Origin: a virus
Lineage: Duplodnaviria > Caudoviricetes
Reading direction: 5' to 3' (one strand)
Length of the DNA stretch: 57,376 nucleotides
Virus record (IMG/VR): IMGVR_UViG_3300023197_000044
Location: 1-57,376 of that record
The notes under the pieces are model-generated. The model saw nothing but the letters and a program-made list of their open reading frames with translations. It was not told the DNA's origin and made no database searches. Positions 27,736-38,235 of the stretch are shown piece after piece. Made by a program: the position numbers and the translations under genes. The first letter of the stretch is position 1; each line of letters opens with the position of its first letter.

Positions 27736-29034
27736 ATGTCCATTCTCTCTTACTTTGAGGACGTTCCGTGCGGGATCAATGATGGGTCAGCGAAAGCATC
27801 TTTGAGAGAAAAAATTTCCGGCCTACAGGAGAATCTAATCAGAATACCATCCGGTAATCCTGACGATGTAGTTGATACTTTCCTGGATAGCTATAAGGAG
27901 TTGAGGAATAATGGCTATACTGTGTCTCCCAACTCTGCTTTTGCTTGCCTGTTTGACCTATTGGTTAGTGCCAAATACGCTGAAAGACTGGTATCTGACG
28001 ACGGGTGGACCTACTGCGCGGGACATGATATTAATGAAGGACCCTCACTTTATTTTCCATACATGAAGACATGTCCAAGATGTAGTGTGAGTAAGGGAAT
28101 AAAGCCAAAGATTGATTCGAATAAACCTACGTCAGGTAGTATAGGAGATATAAGTGAGAATAGTAACTATCAGATTTTCAGACATATACTATCTCACATA
28201 TCTCCAGATGTAAAAATGGGGAAGGATAAAAGAACGCGGTCAGATGTTGACGTAGTTATATATAATAATGATCGGTTGATTTTGGGCGAAACTAAATCAT
28301 CTCCACTTGTCCTGTACCCACTGGAGATACAGCTTGGGAGACAGCTTACAGAAGTTAAGGAGGGCGAATCTGTGGGGAAGACAGACCATACCCCTGCCAC
28401 TAAGGATGTTATGGATAATGATATTTATATGTTTATACCACATCGTGCAGAGCGTATTCCGTTAGGTGATGCGAGTGGTGACGATTGGCCTTATGAAGGT
28501 ATTAATGAATATATAGATGAACCTTCGAATATAAGATTTCTAATTGATGCTTGGAATGAGCTTTACGATGTGTACAAGTCTAACCCTCGTGGTGATGAGG
28601 ATCTGAAAAGATATATTTTATGTGGTAACGGGTCCAGTTTGGATGATGCCAGTACATCAATAGACGATTCAAAAAACAAACCTGGCATGGACCGAACAGA
28701 TGACATTAAAAAGGGAACATACCAGTCACTAAAATATGGCACATACTTCAAGGAGAAGTCAGAAAACCGAAAAATAAGTGCAGTTATAGCAACAAATATG
28801 TTCCCATTAAGGACTTATAAAAGGTATTTAGCGGAAATGGTGAGGGTGGTCTGGACGAAAGAAAAATATTCCCAAAATGTAAATATAGATTTAGACAACT
28901 ATGACCTAAAAGCATTTAAAAAAGATGATCTTTTCTATTTATATGATGCTATAATTGGCCTAAGCGAATCTATATACATGGACGAGGGTATTAAGTCCCT
29001 AATTAGTATTGATGAGTACATGTCACAAGAATAA
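27736..29034 (+). CDS. Putative type II restriction endonuclease (PD-(D/E)xK with Zn-binding Cys)
   Basis: DVDVVIY...GETKSS, CPRC; AT-rich; directly upstream of a methyltransferase. Confidence 0.72.
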   Translation: MSILSYFEDVPCGINDGSAKASLREKISGLQENLIRIPSGNPDDVVDTFLDSYKELRNNGYTVSPNSAFACLFDLLVSAKYAERLVSDDGWTYCAGHDINEGPSLYFPYMKTCPRCSVSKGIKPKIDSNKPTSGSIGDISENSNYQIFRHILSHISPDVKMGKDKRTRSDVDVVIYNNDRLILGETKSSPLVLYPLEIQLGRQLTEVKEGESVGKTDHTPATKDVMDNDIYMFIPHRAERIPLGDASGDDWPYEGINEYIDEPSNIRFLIDAWNELYDVYKSNPRGDEDLKRYILCGNGSSLDDASTSIDDSKNKPGMDRTDDIKKGTYQSLKYGTYFKEKSENRKISAVIATNMFPLRTYKRYLAEMVRVVWTKEKYSQNVNIDLDNYDLKAFKKDDLFYLYDAIIGLSESIYMDEGIKSLISIDEYMSQE

Positions 29035-29035
29035 T

Positions 29036-30922
29036 ATGAAAAACAGTATGGAGGTGCTTCTTAAACTTCGCCACAACATCGACCTTGAGGGAGATGTGAC
29101 CCTGGCGGAAATGGAGATTGAGAGCCTAATTCAGGGTGATGCTCGCCCAGTCAAGGACTTTAGTGATCTCACGATTGCAAGTGACTGTGCCTCTCAGCTT
29201 AACGGCCCTGGTAGACCTGATGAGTTTGTTCGTGATAGTGGGGTGCTGGGCTACGTAGCGACAGTTACGGGTGAAGAGTTAGCAGCACTTATCGAGCGGT
29301 CTTCATTCGTACAGAATATCTACTTCACACTTCCGGTAGGCTCTGATGAGCAGTCCTTCCTGAACTCGTTAAGGGATCGGGTCGGCCCCGTAGTCCATGA
29401 CGTGCAGGGGCCGGAGAGCGTGGTGGTGAATGCGGTACCGCACTATGCCCTCATAGAACTATCGGACCCGGTTGCTCGGCGGGCCAATCATCGGCGAGGG
29501 GTAAGGAGAAAACTCAATGCTCTCCTTGAGGCCCTTCTTGGTCGCTCCGGTGATGACCTGCTTCGGCTTACCGAAAAGGCTATTGCAGCCAAAAATACGA
29601 CATCTCACCTTACTCACGACATCCACTACTACAAGGCAAAGTTTTTTCCGCGATTGGCTCGGGCAGCTCTCAACGTCAGTGCTGCGCGTCATGGTAGGGG
29701 CAGTCAGCGGGTTGTCGACAACTTCGTTGGGAGCGGTACGACATTGGTTGAGGCATCCTTGCTTGGCATGCCCAGTGTAGGTATCGACATTGATCCTCTC
29801 TCCGTTCTCATATCAAGGACGAAAATTGAGGTGTTAAGCCGATCTCCAGACTTGGTAGCAAATCAGGCTGATAGCGTTCTTGGGATTCTGGACTCACTCG
29901 ATTCGGGCCAAGCCAGTTTATTTAGTGACAATGGAGTATCGCAATCAGATTACGCCATGTCGTTCCCCTCATGGCTTATGAAAAATAGCAATATGAATGA
30001 GGAGAAAGCAGAGGAGCTGATACATCAAATCAATATCGTAAGGAGGTCTCTCGATCAAGCAGGATTGGGAGATGATCCGATGTTGAGGACTATTATGTCC
30101 GACGCGATTGACAGAAAGATCAAGCTGCGGTTTTTAGGGACTGGAGTTGGAAGATTCTCTCTTAGATTCACAAAGGCGAGTATTCCCACCAGATTTTCTC
30201 GCTCACTGAGAAAGTACGTAAGGGTGTCAGAGGCTATTGACTGGCTCAAAGATACGCTCGGAATTACTTTTGCCGATGCTGAGGTATTTCACGATGACAC
30301 CCGCGACCTTCGGGGTGACTACGGGAAATTCGATGTCCTCCTCACATCCCCACCGTATCTGCCCGCTGCAAGTGGGCGAGAGAGTTATTCAAAAGCGAGG
30401 GCAGCATCGTTGATAGCTCTCGGAATGGAAGATGCGGAGAGCGTCAACGACTTGATAGATGGGGCTGTTGGAGCAATGGGTGACAGTGACATAGACCAAG
30501 ACTCTCTCACCGAGGATCAGCGAGACCTTGTGGAGTGGCTTGAAAATGATGAACTTAGGCAGATTAAAGCAGCACCAACGGCTCGCTACTTCCAGGACAT
30601 GAGGAAGACATTTAATGAGATGAGAGGGTTGGTAAAAGGGGGTGGGACTGCTATAATGGTAAGTGGAAAACAGAGCACATTCTACGAGTTTGAGTCGCGT
30701 GAAAAGCTGTATGTTGTGGAGTCAGCGGAACTGCTGTCCGATGAGGCAAAGATGAGTGGTTTCGAGGTTGAAAAACTACAAGATGTTAAGCTGCAAAAAT
30801 CTAATAGTAACGCAAGGCCAAGGTCATTGGATGATTACTATGAAACACTTATATACTTGAAGAATCCACAGCCCACGGGACTTAGAGCAGAGACAGAAGA
30901 AGGCAAGTATGCGTCGGCTTGA
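29036..30922 (+). CDS. DNA amino-methyltransferase (probably N4-cytosine)
   Basis: HYYKAKF, motif I DNFVGSGTT, GIDIDP, motif IV TSPPY. Confidence 0.9.
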   Translation: MKNSMEVLLKLRHNIDLEGDVTLAEMEIESLIQGDARPVKDFSDLTIASDCASQLNGPGRPDEFVRDSGVLGYVATVTGEELAALIERSSFVQNIYFTLPVGSDEQSFLNSLRDRVGPVVHDVQGPESVVVNAVPHYALIELSDPVARRANHRRGVRRKLNALLEALLGRSGDDLLRLTEKAIAAKNTTSHLTHDIHYYKAKFFPRLARAALNVSAARHGRGSQRVVDNFVGSGTTLVEASLLGMPSVGIDIDPLSVLISRTKIEVLSRSPDLVANQADSVLGILDSLDSGQASLFSDNGVSQSDYAMSFPSWLMKNSNMNEEKAEELIHQINIVRRSLDQAGLGDDPMLRTIMSDAIDRKIKLRFLGTGVGRFSLRFTKASIPTRFSRSLRKYVRVSEAIDWLKDTLGITFADAEVFHDDTRDLRGDYGKFDVLLTSPPYLPAASGRESYSKARAASLIALGMEDAESVNDLIDGAVGAMGDSDIDQDSLTEDQRDLVEWLENDELRQIKAAPTARYFQDMRKTFNEMRGLVKGGGTAIMVSGKQSTFYEFESREKLYVVESAELLSDEAKMSGFEVEKLQDVKLQKSNSNARPRSLDDYYETLIYLKNPQPTGLRAETEEGKYASA

Positions 30923-31066
30923 GGTAATGAATTAGAGGTGCGCCTCTCCTGATTCGTTAACAAGTAGAAGGGGGGTAGATAGCTCCGGAGGCTTGAAAGG
31001 AGACTGGCCCGATGGCGGGTGTGGGGCTCTTTATCCTCTTTCCCAATAAGATCGACCAGATTACAG

Positions 31067-31705
31067 GTGAATTACCTCCGACACGTTCTTGCAGCCTCAT
31101 TTTTACTCTTTCTCGCTGCCCCTGCCCCCGCACAGGTAGAGCCAGGGCAGACCTTCGCCGGAAAGGTTGTAGAGGTCACAGATGGGGACACGTACGACGT
31201 GCGCCGCTCAGATGGGCAGACGCTGACGGTCCGGCTCCACGGGATAGATGCGCCCGAAAGCGCACAGTCCTATGGCACGCAGGCGACGAGGGCAGCCCGA
31301 CGCTACGTAGGAGGGAAGCGGGTTCGCGTCTCAGTTGAGGACATAGGCCGGTACGGGCGTACCGTAGCCACTATCAGGGTGCAAGGCGGAGACTTGGGAG
31401 AGATGCTGATCCGTGACGGCCTTGCATGGTACTACGAAGATTACGCTCCCGGTGCAACTGACTATGCTCGACTGGAGCGACAGGCCCGCAACGCGAACCG
31501 TGGTTTGTGGTCCCAGCCCTCACCTACGCCTCCGTGGGAGTGGAGGAGTAGGAGTTCTGAGGAACCGGAAAAAGACCGTAACTGCTCCGACTTTGATACT
31601 CAACCGGAGGCCCAGGCTTTCTTTGAGAGGCACCAGCCGGGTGATCCTCACAATTTAGATGGTGACGGAAATGGCGAGGCGTGTGAGGGTCTACCTGGAG
31701 GTTGA
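31067..31705 (+). CDS. Secreted thermonuclease (SNase) with a C-terminal Excalibur Ca-binding domain
   Basis: Signal peptide, [27 protein letters not shown]; NCSDF...[15 protein letters not shown]. Confidence 0.9.
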   Translation: MNYLRHVLAASFLLFLAAPAPAQVEPGQTFAGKVVEVTDGDTYDVRRSDGQTLTVRLHGIDAPESAQSYGTQATRAARRYVGGKRVRVSVEDIGRYGRTVATIRVQGGDLGEMLIRDGLAWYYEDYAPGATDYARLERQARNANRGLWSQPSPTPPWEWRSRSSEEPEKDRNCSDFDTQPEAQAFFERHQPGDPHNLDGDGNGEACEGLPGG

Positions 31706-31840
31706 CGAGACCCCGAGCGGATTTCGTAGTGGGGCCGAGAGGTGTTTTTGAAAATGCGGGGGGAGGCGCGTTATAGTTACGTTAGTGTCAGCGGGGACAT
31801 GCTCATGAAGGTATAAGTTCAATTCTCGACTTAGCAGATC

Positions 31841-34120
31841 ATGATTCGCGTCTGCAAGAAGATAAAGCGTGTCGGTCGTTTTGTCGATTTTAGCTCACAG
31901 GGAGAGGACTTTAGGGAACTGACCCTTATATACGGCGAAAATGGTAGTGGCAAAACAACCTTAGCACGTCTCTTCCGCTCACTTGGCACAGGGGATACGA
32001 ATATACTTCAAGCTCTGCATACGTTTGGGAAGAGCGACCCTGCGCGAGTAAAAATAAGTACTGATCAGGGAAATGCAGTATTAAGTAATTGGGCGTGGAG
32101 TAGTACTATAGATGGAATAAAGATATACGATTCAACGTTTATATATGATAATGTATTTGCAGGTGATGTTGTTGAGAATAGGCATAAGACAAATATGTAC
32201 CGTTTAGTAGTCGGCGAAAAGGGGGTTGAGTTGAGTAGACAAGAGGAGGAATTAAAAAAGACAGTTAAGTCGTTAAAAGACAAGTTAGATAGTATAGGTT
32301 TAAAAATTAAAAATAAAATAGAAAGTGACTTAGATATAGACGATTATGTAGAAATTGAGAAAGATGGAAAAATAGATAATAGAATAGAAAACAAGAAAAG
32401 CGAACTAGAAAGGGCTAAAAGTATAAAAAATATATTGACCAAGGATGGGCTTAAAAGTATTGATGGGGTGGATATAAGCACGGACTTGCTGGAGGATGTT
32501 CTGGAAGAGTCAATTGATGATGTATCAAGGAGGGCGAGGGAGAAAGTACAGGATCACTTGGATGAGCATCTGGGGAGTGGGGCAGAGCGATGGGTAGAGA
32601 GAGGTTACAAGTATTCGGGGGAGGAGGGGGATGAGTGCCCGTACTGCGGGCAGGATACCACAGGCGTGGATTTAGTTGAAGCGTATGATGACTATTTTAG
32701 TGATGAATATGATGAGCTAAAAAAGAAGATTTCGAGACGAAAAGACGAGGTGGTAGATAAGCTAGGAGCCCAAAAACTCGGAAAGATAAGGGAAACATTG
32801 AATGTAAACAATGAGAGATTTAATTTTTGGAGTGATCACATTGAAGGGGATTTACCTAATCTAGGATTTGATGAGGTCGAGCAGGTATGGAAAAATACTA
32901 GAGAGGAGGTAATAAATAACATAGAAAGAAAGGACAAAAATGTACTTGAGAGTATATCAATAAGTGAAGAGCTAAAAAGTGCACTGGAGGAATTTAAGAG
33001 AATAAAAAATAGAATAGAAAAATACAACGATAAAATAGATAAGTTAAACAGCAAAATAGAAAGCGCTAAAGAGGATACGGAAAAGGGTGATAGGCGGAGC
33101 ATAAGAAGGGAGTTAGACAAGCTAAAGGATGTTAAGAATAGACACAAGGAGCACATCAATGCCTTATGTGCAACTTATAAAAAAGTAGATAATGAGATTG
33201 AGAGGGCTAAGAGTGAAAGGGAGGAGGCAAGAAAAAAGTCAGATAAGCACACAAAAAGGGTATTTGAAGAATATGAAAAAGATATAAACAATCTTTTGGA
33301 TAAATTTGGTGCCAATTTTGGCGTATCAGATATAAGAGCCTCAAGAAGAGGTAAGAGGGTTAGCTCTAAATATGACATCGAAGTAGGGGGAGAATATGTC
33401 GGACTTGAAGGGTCTGGGGTGGAAGAGGGGGATCCTGAGTTTAGGACAGCCCTTAGTATTGGTGACAGGAATACCCTTGCTTTTACACTATTTTGCGTTA
33501 AAATGAGAAACTTATCTCTTGATGATAAAATTGTTATTATTGATGATCCCGTAACAAGCCTGGATATACACAGGGAAGAAAATGCAGCACGAGAAATTAT
33601 AAAGATAGCAAACGAGGCACAACAGGCTATTGTCTTATCACACAATCCCCACTTTTTAAATGTTATACGTAACCATAGAAAAAATGGTCTCAACAACCAG
33701 CTTCTTAAGGTTAACATGAAAGGTGAGCAAAGTGTCGTAAGGGAGTGGGATATAAATGAAGACCTAAGAAATGCATTCAGAAGAGACGTTAATAAGATTA
33801 AATCGTTTGTTCATAATGGGCAAGGTGAAGAAATGTCTGTATTAAGGTCTATAAGGCCCATGCTTGAAACATATATTCAAGTTGTGTACCAGGGTGAGGT
33901 GAACCCCAATGATACTATTGGTAGCTATATTGACGATATAAAGGGTGCAAGTGGTAATGATCCTCTCACCAAGTTACAGGGCGTAGTAGATGAGCTTGAG
34001 GATATCAAGGATTTCACAGATCCCTACATGCACGGAAGCGCCTCTCCGCGCCCAAAACCACCGCAACACAATCTTGTCGAGAGCTATGCCAGCAGAGCAC
34101 TCGACATAATCGCACCGTAG
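31841..34120 (+). CDS. AAA_13 / RloC-like SMC-type ATPase with zinc hook and probable C-terminal HEPN domain
   Basis: GENGSGKT, coiled coil, CPYCGQ, LSIGDR, IDDPVTSLD, LSHN; C-terminal RPMLETY...PYMHG; AT-rich. Confidence 0.82.
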   Translation: MIRVCKKIKRVGRFVDFSSQGEDFRELTLIYGENGSGKTTLARLFRSLGTGDTNILQALHTFGKSDPARVKISTDQGNAVLSNWAWSSTIDGIKIYDSTFIYDNVFAGDVVENRHKTNMYRLVVGEKGVELSRQEEELKKTVKSLKDKLDSIGLKIKNKIESDLDIDDYVEIEKDGKIDNRIENKKSELERAKSIKNILTKDGLKSIDGVDISTDLLEDVLEESIDDVSRRAREKVQDHLDEHLGSGAERWVERGYKYSGEEGDECPYCGQDTTGVDLVEAYDDYFSDEYDELKKKISRRKDEVVDKLGAQKLGKIRETLNVNNERFNFWSDHIEGDLPNLGFDEVEQVWKNTREEVINNIERKDKNVLESISISEELKSALEEFKRIKNRIEKYNDKIDKLNSKIESAKEDTEKGDRRSIRRELDKLKDVKNRHKEHINALCATYKKVDNEIERAKSEREEARKKSDKHTKRVFEEYEKDINNLLDKFGANFGVSDIRASRRGKRVSSKYDIEVGGEYVGLEGSGVEEGDPEFRTALSIGDRNTLAFTLFCVKMRNLSLDDKIVIIDDPVTSLDIHREENAAREIIKIANEAQQAIVLSHNPHFLNVIRNHRKNGLNNQLLKVNMKGEQSVVREWDINEDLRNAFRRDVNKIKSFVHNGQGEEMSVLRSIRPMLETYIQVVYQGEVNPNDTIGSYIDDIKGASGNDPLTKLQGVVDELEDIKDFTDPYMHGSASPRPKPPQHNLVESYASRALDIIAP

Positions 34121-34223
34121 AAGAAGTTATCTCTTCTCGGTTTGTTATTCCTCGCCAAATAGCCTCCTTCAATTTGGGTTTTCCTACGAGGGTGAAGGTG
34201 GCCTACGCGAAGTACAAGGGACT

Positions 34224-35057
34224 TTAGAGATCAATAGGAATGAACTGTCCCTGCTCATTCTTCGGTGCATGGGAGGGCGAGGCCGTGCCGTACTTATCCC
34301 GCGCCGACTTGGCGAGTCGCATCCCCTCGGTCCTAAGCTCAGTCTTCTCCGAGGGAGTAAGCAGGGCGAAGTGGTTCTGATAGCGCGTGGCTTGCCACCG
34401 GGCTATTCGCCACGAGGACTGCGTGCTGAACCCGACCTTGAGATGAATAGAGGCGATCACCTCTGCCAGATCGAAGTCGAGATCGAAGGACTTGCTAAAG
34501 CCAGAGGACACCCTGCCCGACCCGATCTTGCCGCCGCCGACCATGGTAGCCGCAGCGGACATGCCGCGCTCACCGAACTTCTCGATCACCGGCTTCACGA
34601 CCAGATCCTCCATAAGGCGCCCGGTGAAGGAGAGGGTGACATTGCCCGAGGGCAGTCCCGCAATCGAGCGAAGACGGGAGTAGCCACCCGGCACGTAAAC
34701 CCACGGATTGCCGCTCTTAGAACGCCAGGAGCTTACCCCACTGCTTGACTGCGATGCCTGAGATTGAACCCTGCCCATCATGCTCTCATAGCGGCTTGAA
34801 CGGGTGCGTGAGGCGTCCCCGTGCCTGAACATCGGAAAGCTCCGCGAGCCGGTCGAATAGGACTTCTGGCGCACCGGGCCGGTGCCGTCCGGGTTGCCCG
34901 GAAACTTGCCCGAGGACACCCGGCTTATGATCTTTTCCTGAGCGCTCTCAGCAAGCTCTTTCGCCATAACGTCCACCACTTTTTTCGGGATGAACTGCTC
35001 GGCCTGGAGGCTCGAAGAGACCTGTATCGAGTCCGGTTTGAAGAGATTGAAGCTCAT
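34224..35057 (-). CDS. Putative virion morphogenesis / tail completion protein
   Basis: TLSFTGRLMEDL resembles the L..TG.L..S motif of Mu G-like proteins; basic; follows the portal. Confidence 0.5.
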   Translation of the reverse strand: MSFNLFKPDSIQVSSSLQAEQFIPKKVVDVMAKELAESAQEKIISRVSSGKFPGNPDGTGPVRQKSYSTGSRSFPMFRHGDASRTRSSRYESMMGRVQSQASQSSSGVSSWRSKSGNPWVYVPGGYSRLRSIAGLPSGNVTLSFTGRLMEDLVVKPVIEKFGERGMSAAATMVGGGKIGSGRVSSGFSKSFDLDFDLAEVIASIHLKVGFSTQSSWRIARWQATRYQNHFALLTPSEKTELRTEGMRLAKSARDKYGTASPSHAPKNEQGQFIPIDL

Positions 35058-35239
35058 AGGGAGTCCTAAACTATCTTGTTTGCACCGCGCTATCTGTGGG
35101 GCTGTATTCTCGTTCTGCGGGACGTAGAATGCCGGTAGTGTCTACCCCCTTGATTGCAGAGATCGCCAGCAACGGCGCGGGCGCAAGCGCGAGCGCAGGA
35201 TTTTATCCTCAAGAGTCGTGTTTACACCCCACCCGAAGC

Positions 35240-36637
35240 CTATTCAGGCTCCTCGGCTGGCGAGGTTTGCCCAGGCTCGGTCGAGTCCTTGTCCGAGGGG
35301 GATGGCTCCTCTTTATCCGCCGCTGTCTCCTGGGTCTTCGTGCGGGCCTCAGCGAGGTCTTCCTGAGTAAGCACCTCGTCAGTGTCCTTCGGCATCGGGA
35401 TGCCCAACTCGTCGTAGGCGTGCTGGCGTGGGACCTCCATGCCCATGCCCAGGGCCTTCTCAAACAGGTCGGCCTTTTTGGACTTCTCCTCGGGGTTCGG
35501 CACCACGATGTAGACCCGTGGCACATCCATGATCGGGAAGTCCGGCGCGATGTTCGTCTTGCACAGGAAGTGGACGGTCGGGTGAAGTGCCTCCTCCGTC
35601 ATGCCTGCAATCGCTTTAACGATCTCGTAGCGGATCGAGTCGAGCATGATGCCCTCCCCGTAGGACCCGTTCTCCGAGCGCCCGGAGGAGCCGATCTGAC
35701 CGACGATAGCCTTCGAGACTTGCTGGTCGGCGACTTGAACCACGTCCTCGTAGGTTTTGACCTGTCCCATGTCCGGCATGATGAACTCGAACTCGTTCGA
35801 CGAGGGCAGGATTGCCCACGCGGCGCGTCCAAGCTGCTTGAGGAACTTGCGCATCTCCGTCCGATCCTCCTCCGCGCTCCAGGCGTCGTAGTAGCCGACC
35901 CGAATGGGCTCTCCGTAGGTCTCGTTAAATTCGTTCCACCACTTCGCATTGAAGTGTTTTGCGCAGTACCAGAACAGGCATGTGCGGCCCACGCCCGCCA
36001 GATCCCAAAACCCGTCGCGCTCTGCGTCAGAGATTTTGGTAAGCGAGCCAGCGGGCAGGGAGGAGAGCGGCGTGCCTTCCGGGGTGTCGCGGTCCAGGAT
36101 GCGGAGATTGCCGTAGTCCTCTTCGTCGTGACGCATCTCCATCTCGTAGCGAGTCGGCGGCACGAGGTCGAGCCCTTCGAGGAGCGTGATGCCGTCCTCG
36201 CCGCCCTGAACCCGGTAGTTATTTTCGTAGAGGCGGACGCCCGTGAAATGAACCTTTGCCATCGAGCGGATCGCTTGCCGCGTCTTGAGGGCGGGGTTTT
36301 GGAGCACCGTTTCGATCATCTCAGCCGCTTCGAGGGCCTGCGGGGACCGCGAGGCGGCAGGTGAGACGCGCAGGGGGTAGTCCGAGAGCGCCATGCCCAG
36401 CTTGTTCACCTCGCCGCGAAGGTGCGGGTCGGTGGCGATCATCTTCATGTAGGACTCCTGGAGGAGCCCGATGCTGCCCTTGTTCGCTTGGCGCACAGCC
36501 CGAGAAATGAACTCCGGGGTTAGCTCTTCGGGAATGACTCCGAGCCGGTCCTGTCCCTGGGGCGCGAGCATACCGCCGCCAGAGGACCAGCCCATGTAGT
36601 CGCCCACTTTCTTTTGCAGCGATCCGACAATGGACAT
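35240..36637 (-). CDS. Portal protein (Mu gp29 / DUF935 family)
   Basis: WNEFNETYGEPIRVGYY, VSKAIVGQ, YDELGIPMP; start refined to ATG 36637 by the leader motif. Confidence 0.9.
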   Translation of the reverse strand: MSIVGSLQKKVGDYMGWSSGGGMLAPQGQDRLGVIPEELTPEFISRAVRQANKGSIGLLQESYMKMIATDPHLRGEVNKLGMALSDYPLRVSPAASRSPQALEAAEMIETVLQNPALKTRQAIRSMAKVHFTGVRLYENNYRVQGGEDGITLLEGLDLVPPTRYEMEMRHDEEDYGNLRILDRDTPEGTPLSSLPAGSLTKISDAERDGFWDLAGVGRTCLFWYCAKHFNAKWWNEFNETYGEPIRVGYYDAWSAEEDRTEMRKFLKQLGRAAWAILPSSNEFEFIMPDMGQVKTYEDVVQVADQQVSKAIVGQIGSSGRSENGSYGEGIMLDSIRYEIVKAIAGMTEEALHPTVHFLCKTNIAPDFPIMDVPRVYIVVPNPEEKSKKADLFEKALGMGMEVPRQHAYDELGIPMPKDTDEVLTQEDLAEARTKTQETAADKEEPSPSDKDSTEPGQTSPAEEPE

Positions 36638-37099
36638 GGGGTAGGTTGTCTTCGGTGAATGGGAGGCAGGGCCGGTAAGCCCCGGAATAGCGTACTCCCA
36701 AGGTACGACATGGGGCAGGGATCGCAAGCGGTTGGGCGAGGGCGGGCACAGAGCACGCACTCACGTATGCACAGGTGCGCCCCTCGCGCATGCATGTACG
36801 ACTGCACGCAGGCACGCCCCTACGCATGGGCGCCCCCACGTCCCACTCACCATACGCTGTCCTGCCATCCCTGTCCCCTGCTCTCTTTCGCACCTATCGG
36901 AAAGCCCCCCTCCAAGGCGCCTTCGTGTGCGCGTGCGTCCGTGGAAGGCTCCCCACCCAGCGGGGGACCCTCACTCAGGGGCCACTTTTCTTCACAGTCG
37001 GGGGCCTGTATCCGCTATCGCAATCGGGCGCGGAAGGGTACATTGGGTTGAAGTTGAAAGCAAGGATTCGCGGCACCCTCTTTACACCGCACTCAGCGA

Positions 37100-37648
37100 A
37101 TGGCAGGCAAGGCGCTCACATACAGCGAGCCGAACGAGTTACGGGACCGAATGCCGGACTCGGACCTCGTTGAGCTTACGACTGAGGGCAGCGAGGCGCC
37201 GTCTGACATTGAGGCGTTCCTGGATGCTGCGATTGAGGCGGCGAACGGAACCGCCACGGACCCCACGGACGACGAGGAGAAGGTAGGACGGCTGATTCGT
37301 CAAGCCCTGGTCCATGGGGAGGGTCGAGTCAATAGCCGCGTAGGGGCCGCCTATGACCTCCCTGCGCTCGGCCCGGATGGCACGCCGCCCCCAGAGATTC
37401 AGGATGCGGTGCTCGTCTTGGCAGAGGAGAAGATCCGTGACCGGCGCCCCAGGCGTAGCCGAATGAACAACGACGTTGCGGACATCACGCGACGCGCCGA
37501 CGAGATTCGGAGGTGGTTAAAGGCAGTCTCCAACGGCAACGCAATCATCGCACGTCTCAACGAGACCAGCACCGAGGAGACCGAGAAGAGCGGGGCCGAC
37601 ACCGGCATTGCCTCTCGCGGTAACCGCTCATTTTCCCACGGCTGGTAA
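37100..37648 (+). CDS. Mu gp36-like head-tail adaptor (DUF1320)
   Basis: YSEPNELRDRMPDSDLVELT, VNSRVGAAYDLP, RWLKAVSNG. Confidence 0.82.
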   Translation: MAGKALTYSEPNELRDRMPDSDLVELTTEGSEAPSDIEAFLDAAIEAANGTATDPTDDEEKVGRLIRQALVHGEGRVNSRVGAAYDLPALGPDGTPPPEIQDAVLVLAEEKIRDRRPRRSRMNNDVADITRRADEIRRWLKAVSNGNAIIARLNETSTEETEKSGADTGIASRGNRSFSHGW

Positions 37649-37677
37649 CCCCATCGGAAAGCACCCCATCGGAAAGC
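37648..37677 (+). repeat. Tandem 15-bp repeat ACCCCATCGGAAAGC x2
   Basis: Direct observation; related copies occur at 14707, 15490, 15550, 34850 and 36891. Confidence 0.85.
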
Positions 37678-37694
37678 ACAAGTAAGTTAGCGAG

Positions 37695-38231
37695 ATGGAC
37701 CACGTAACCGCCATTGAGACCCACATCCGGGACGTGCTCGACACGAAGATGTCGGCGCTTTTCCCTGGTGACTCAAAGCCGCCCATCATTGGGCTGTACG
37801 GCGGGGAGTTCGGGACCGACGACATTATCGGCACCCTCGACGACATGGTATCTCGCGGAACGCACGTCCTGGTGTCCTACATGGGCGGGAACGAGGTGGA
37901 CCACAACAACACCGGGTCGTACCAGGAGGGCGGTTCAAATTTCAGCATTTACGTAGCAGGGCGCAATCTCCGCGACGAAGCAGAGCAGCGCCGAGACATC
38001 TATCCCGTGATCCAGGCGTCCCGGATCATCACCCGTATGACCGACGACGTGGTACTGAGCGGGAGCATGGGGGCGGCGTCTTGGGAAGTGAAGCTCTCGA
38101 ACATCTGGCCTGGAGAGGATTCCGTGGTTGCCAGCGTACCGGGCGTGGCTTGCCTGATGCTTGAGGTGTCTTGCTCGGTGAAGGTCCTATGGGACCTCCC
38201 GGACGATTTCTCCGACCCGCAACTAACCTAA
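37695..38231 (+). CDS. Mu gp37-like tail terminator/neck protein
   Basis: LYGGEF...VLVSYMGG...VAGRNLR; follows the gp36-like gene. Confidence 0.7.
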   Translation: MDHVTAIETHIRDVLDTKMSALFPGDSKPPIIGLYGGEFGTDDIIGTLDDMVSRGTHVLVSYMGGNEVDHNNTGSYQEGGSNFSIYVAGRNLRDEAEQRRDIYPVIQASRIITRMTDDVVLSGSMGAASWEVKLSNIWPGEDSVVASVPGVACLMLEVSCSVKVLWDLPDDFSDPQLT

Positions 38232-38235
38232 CGAT

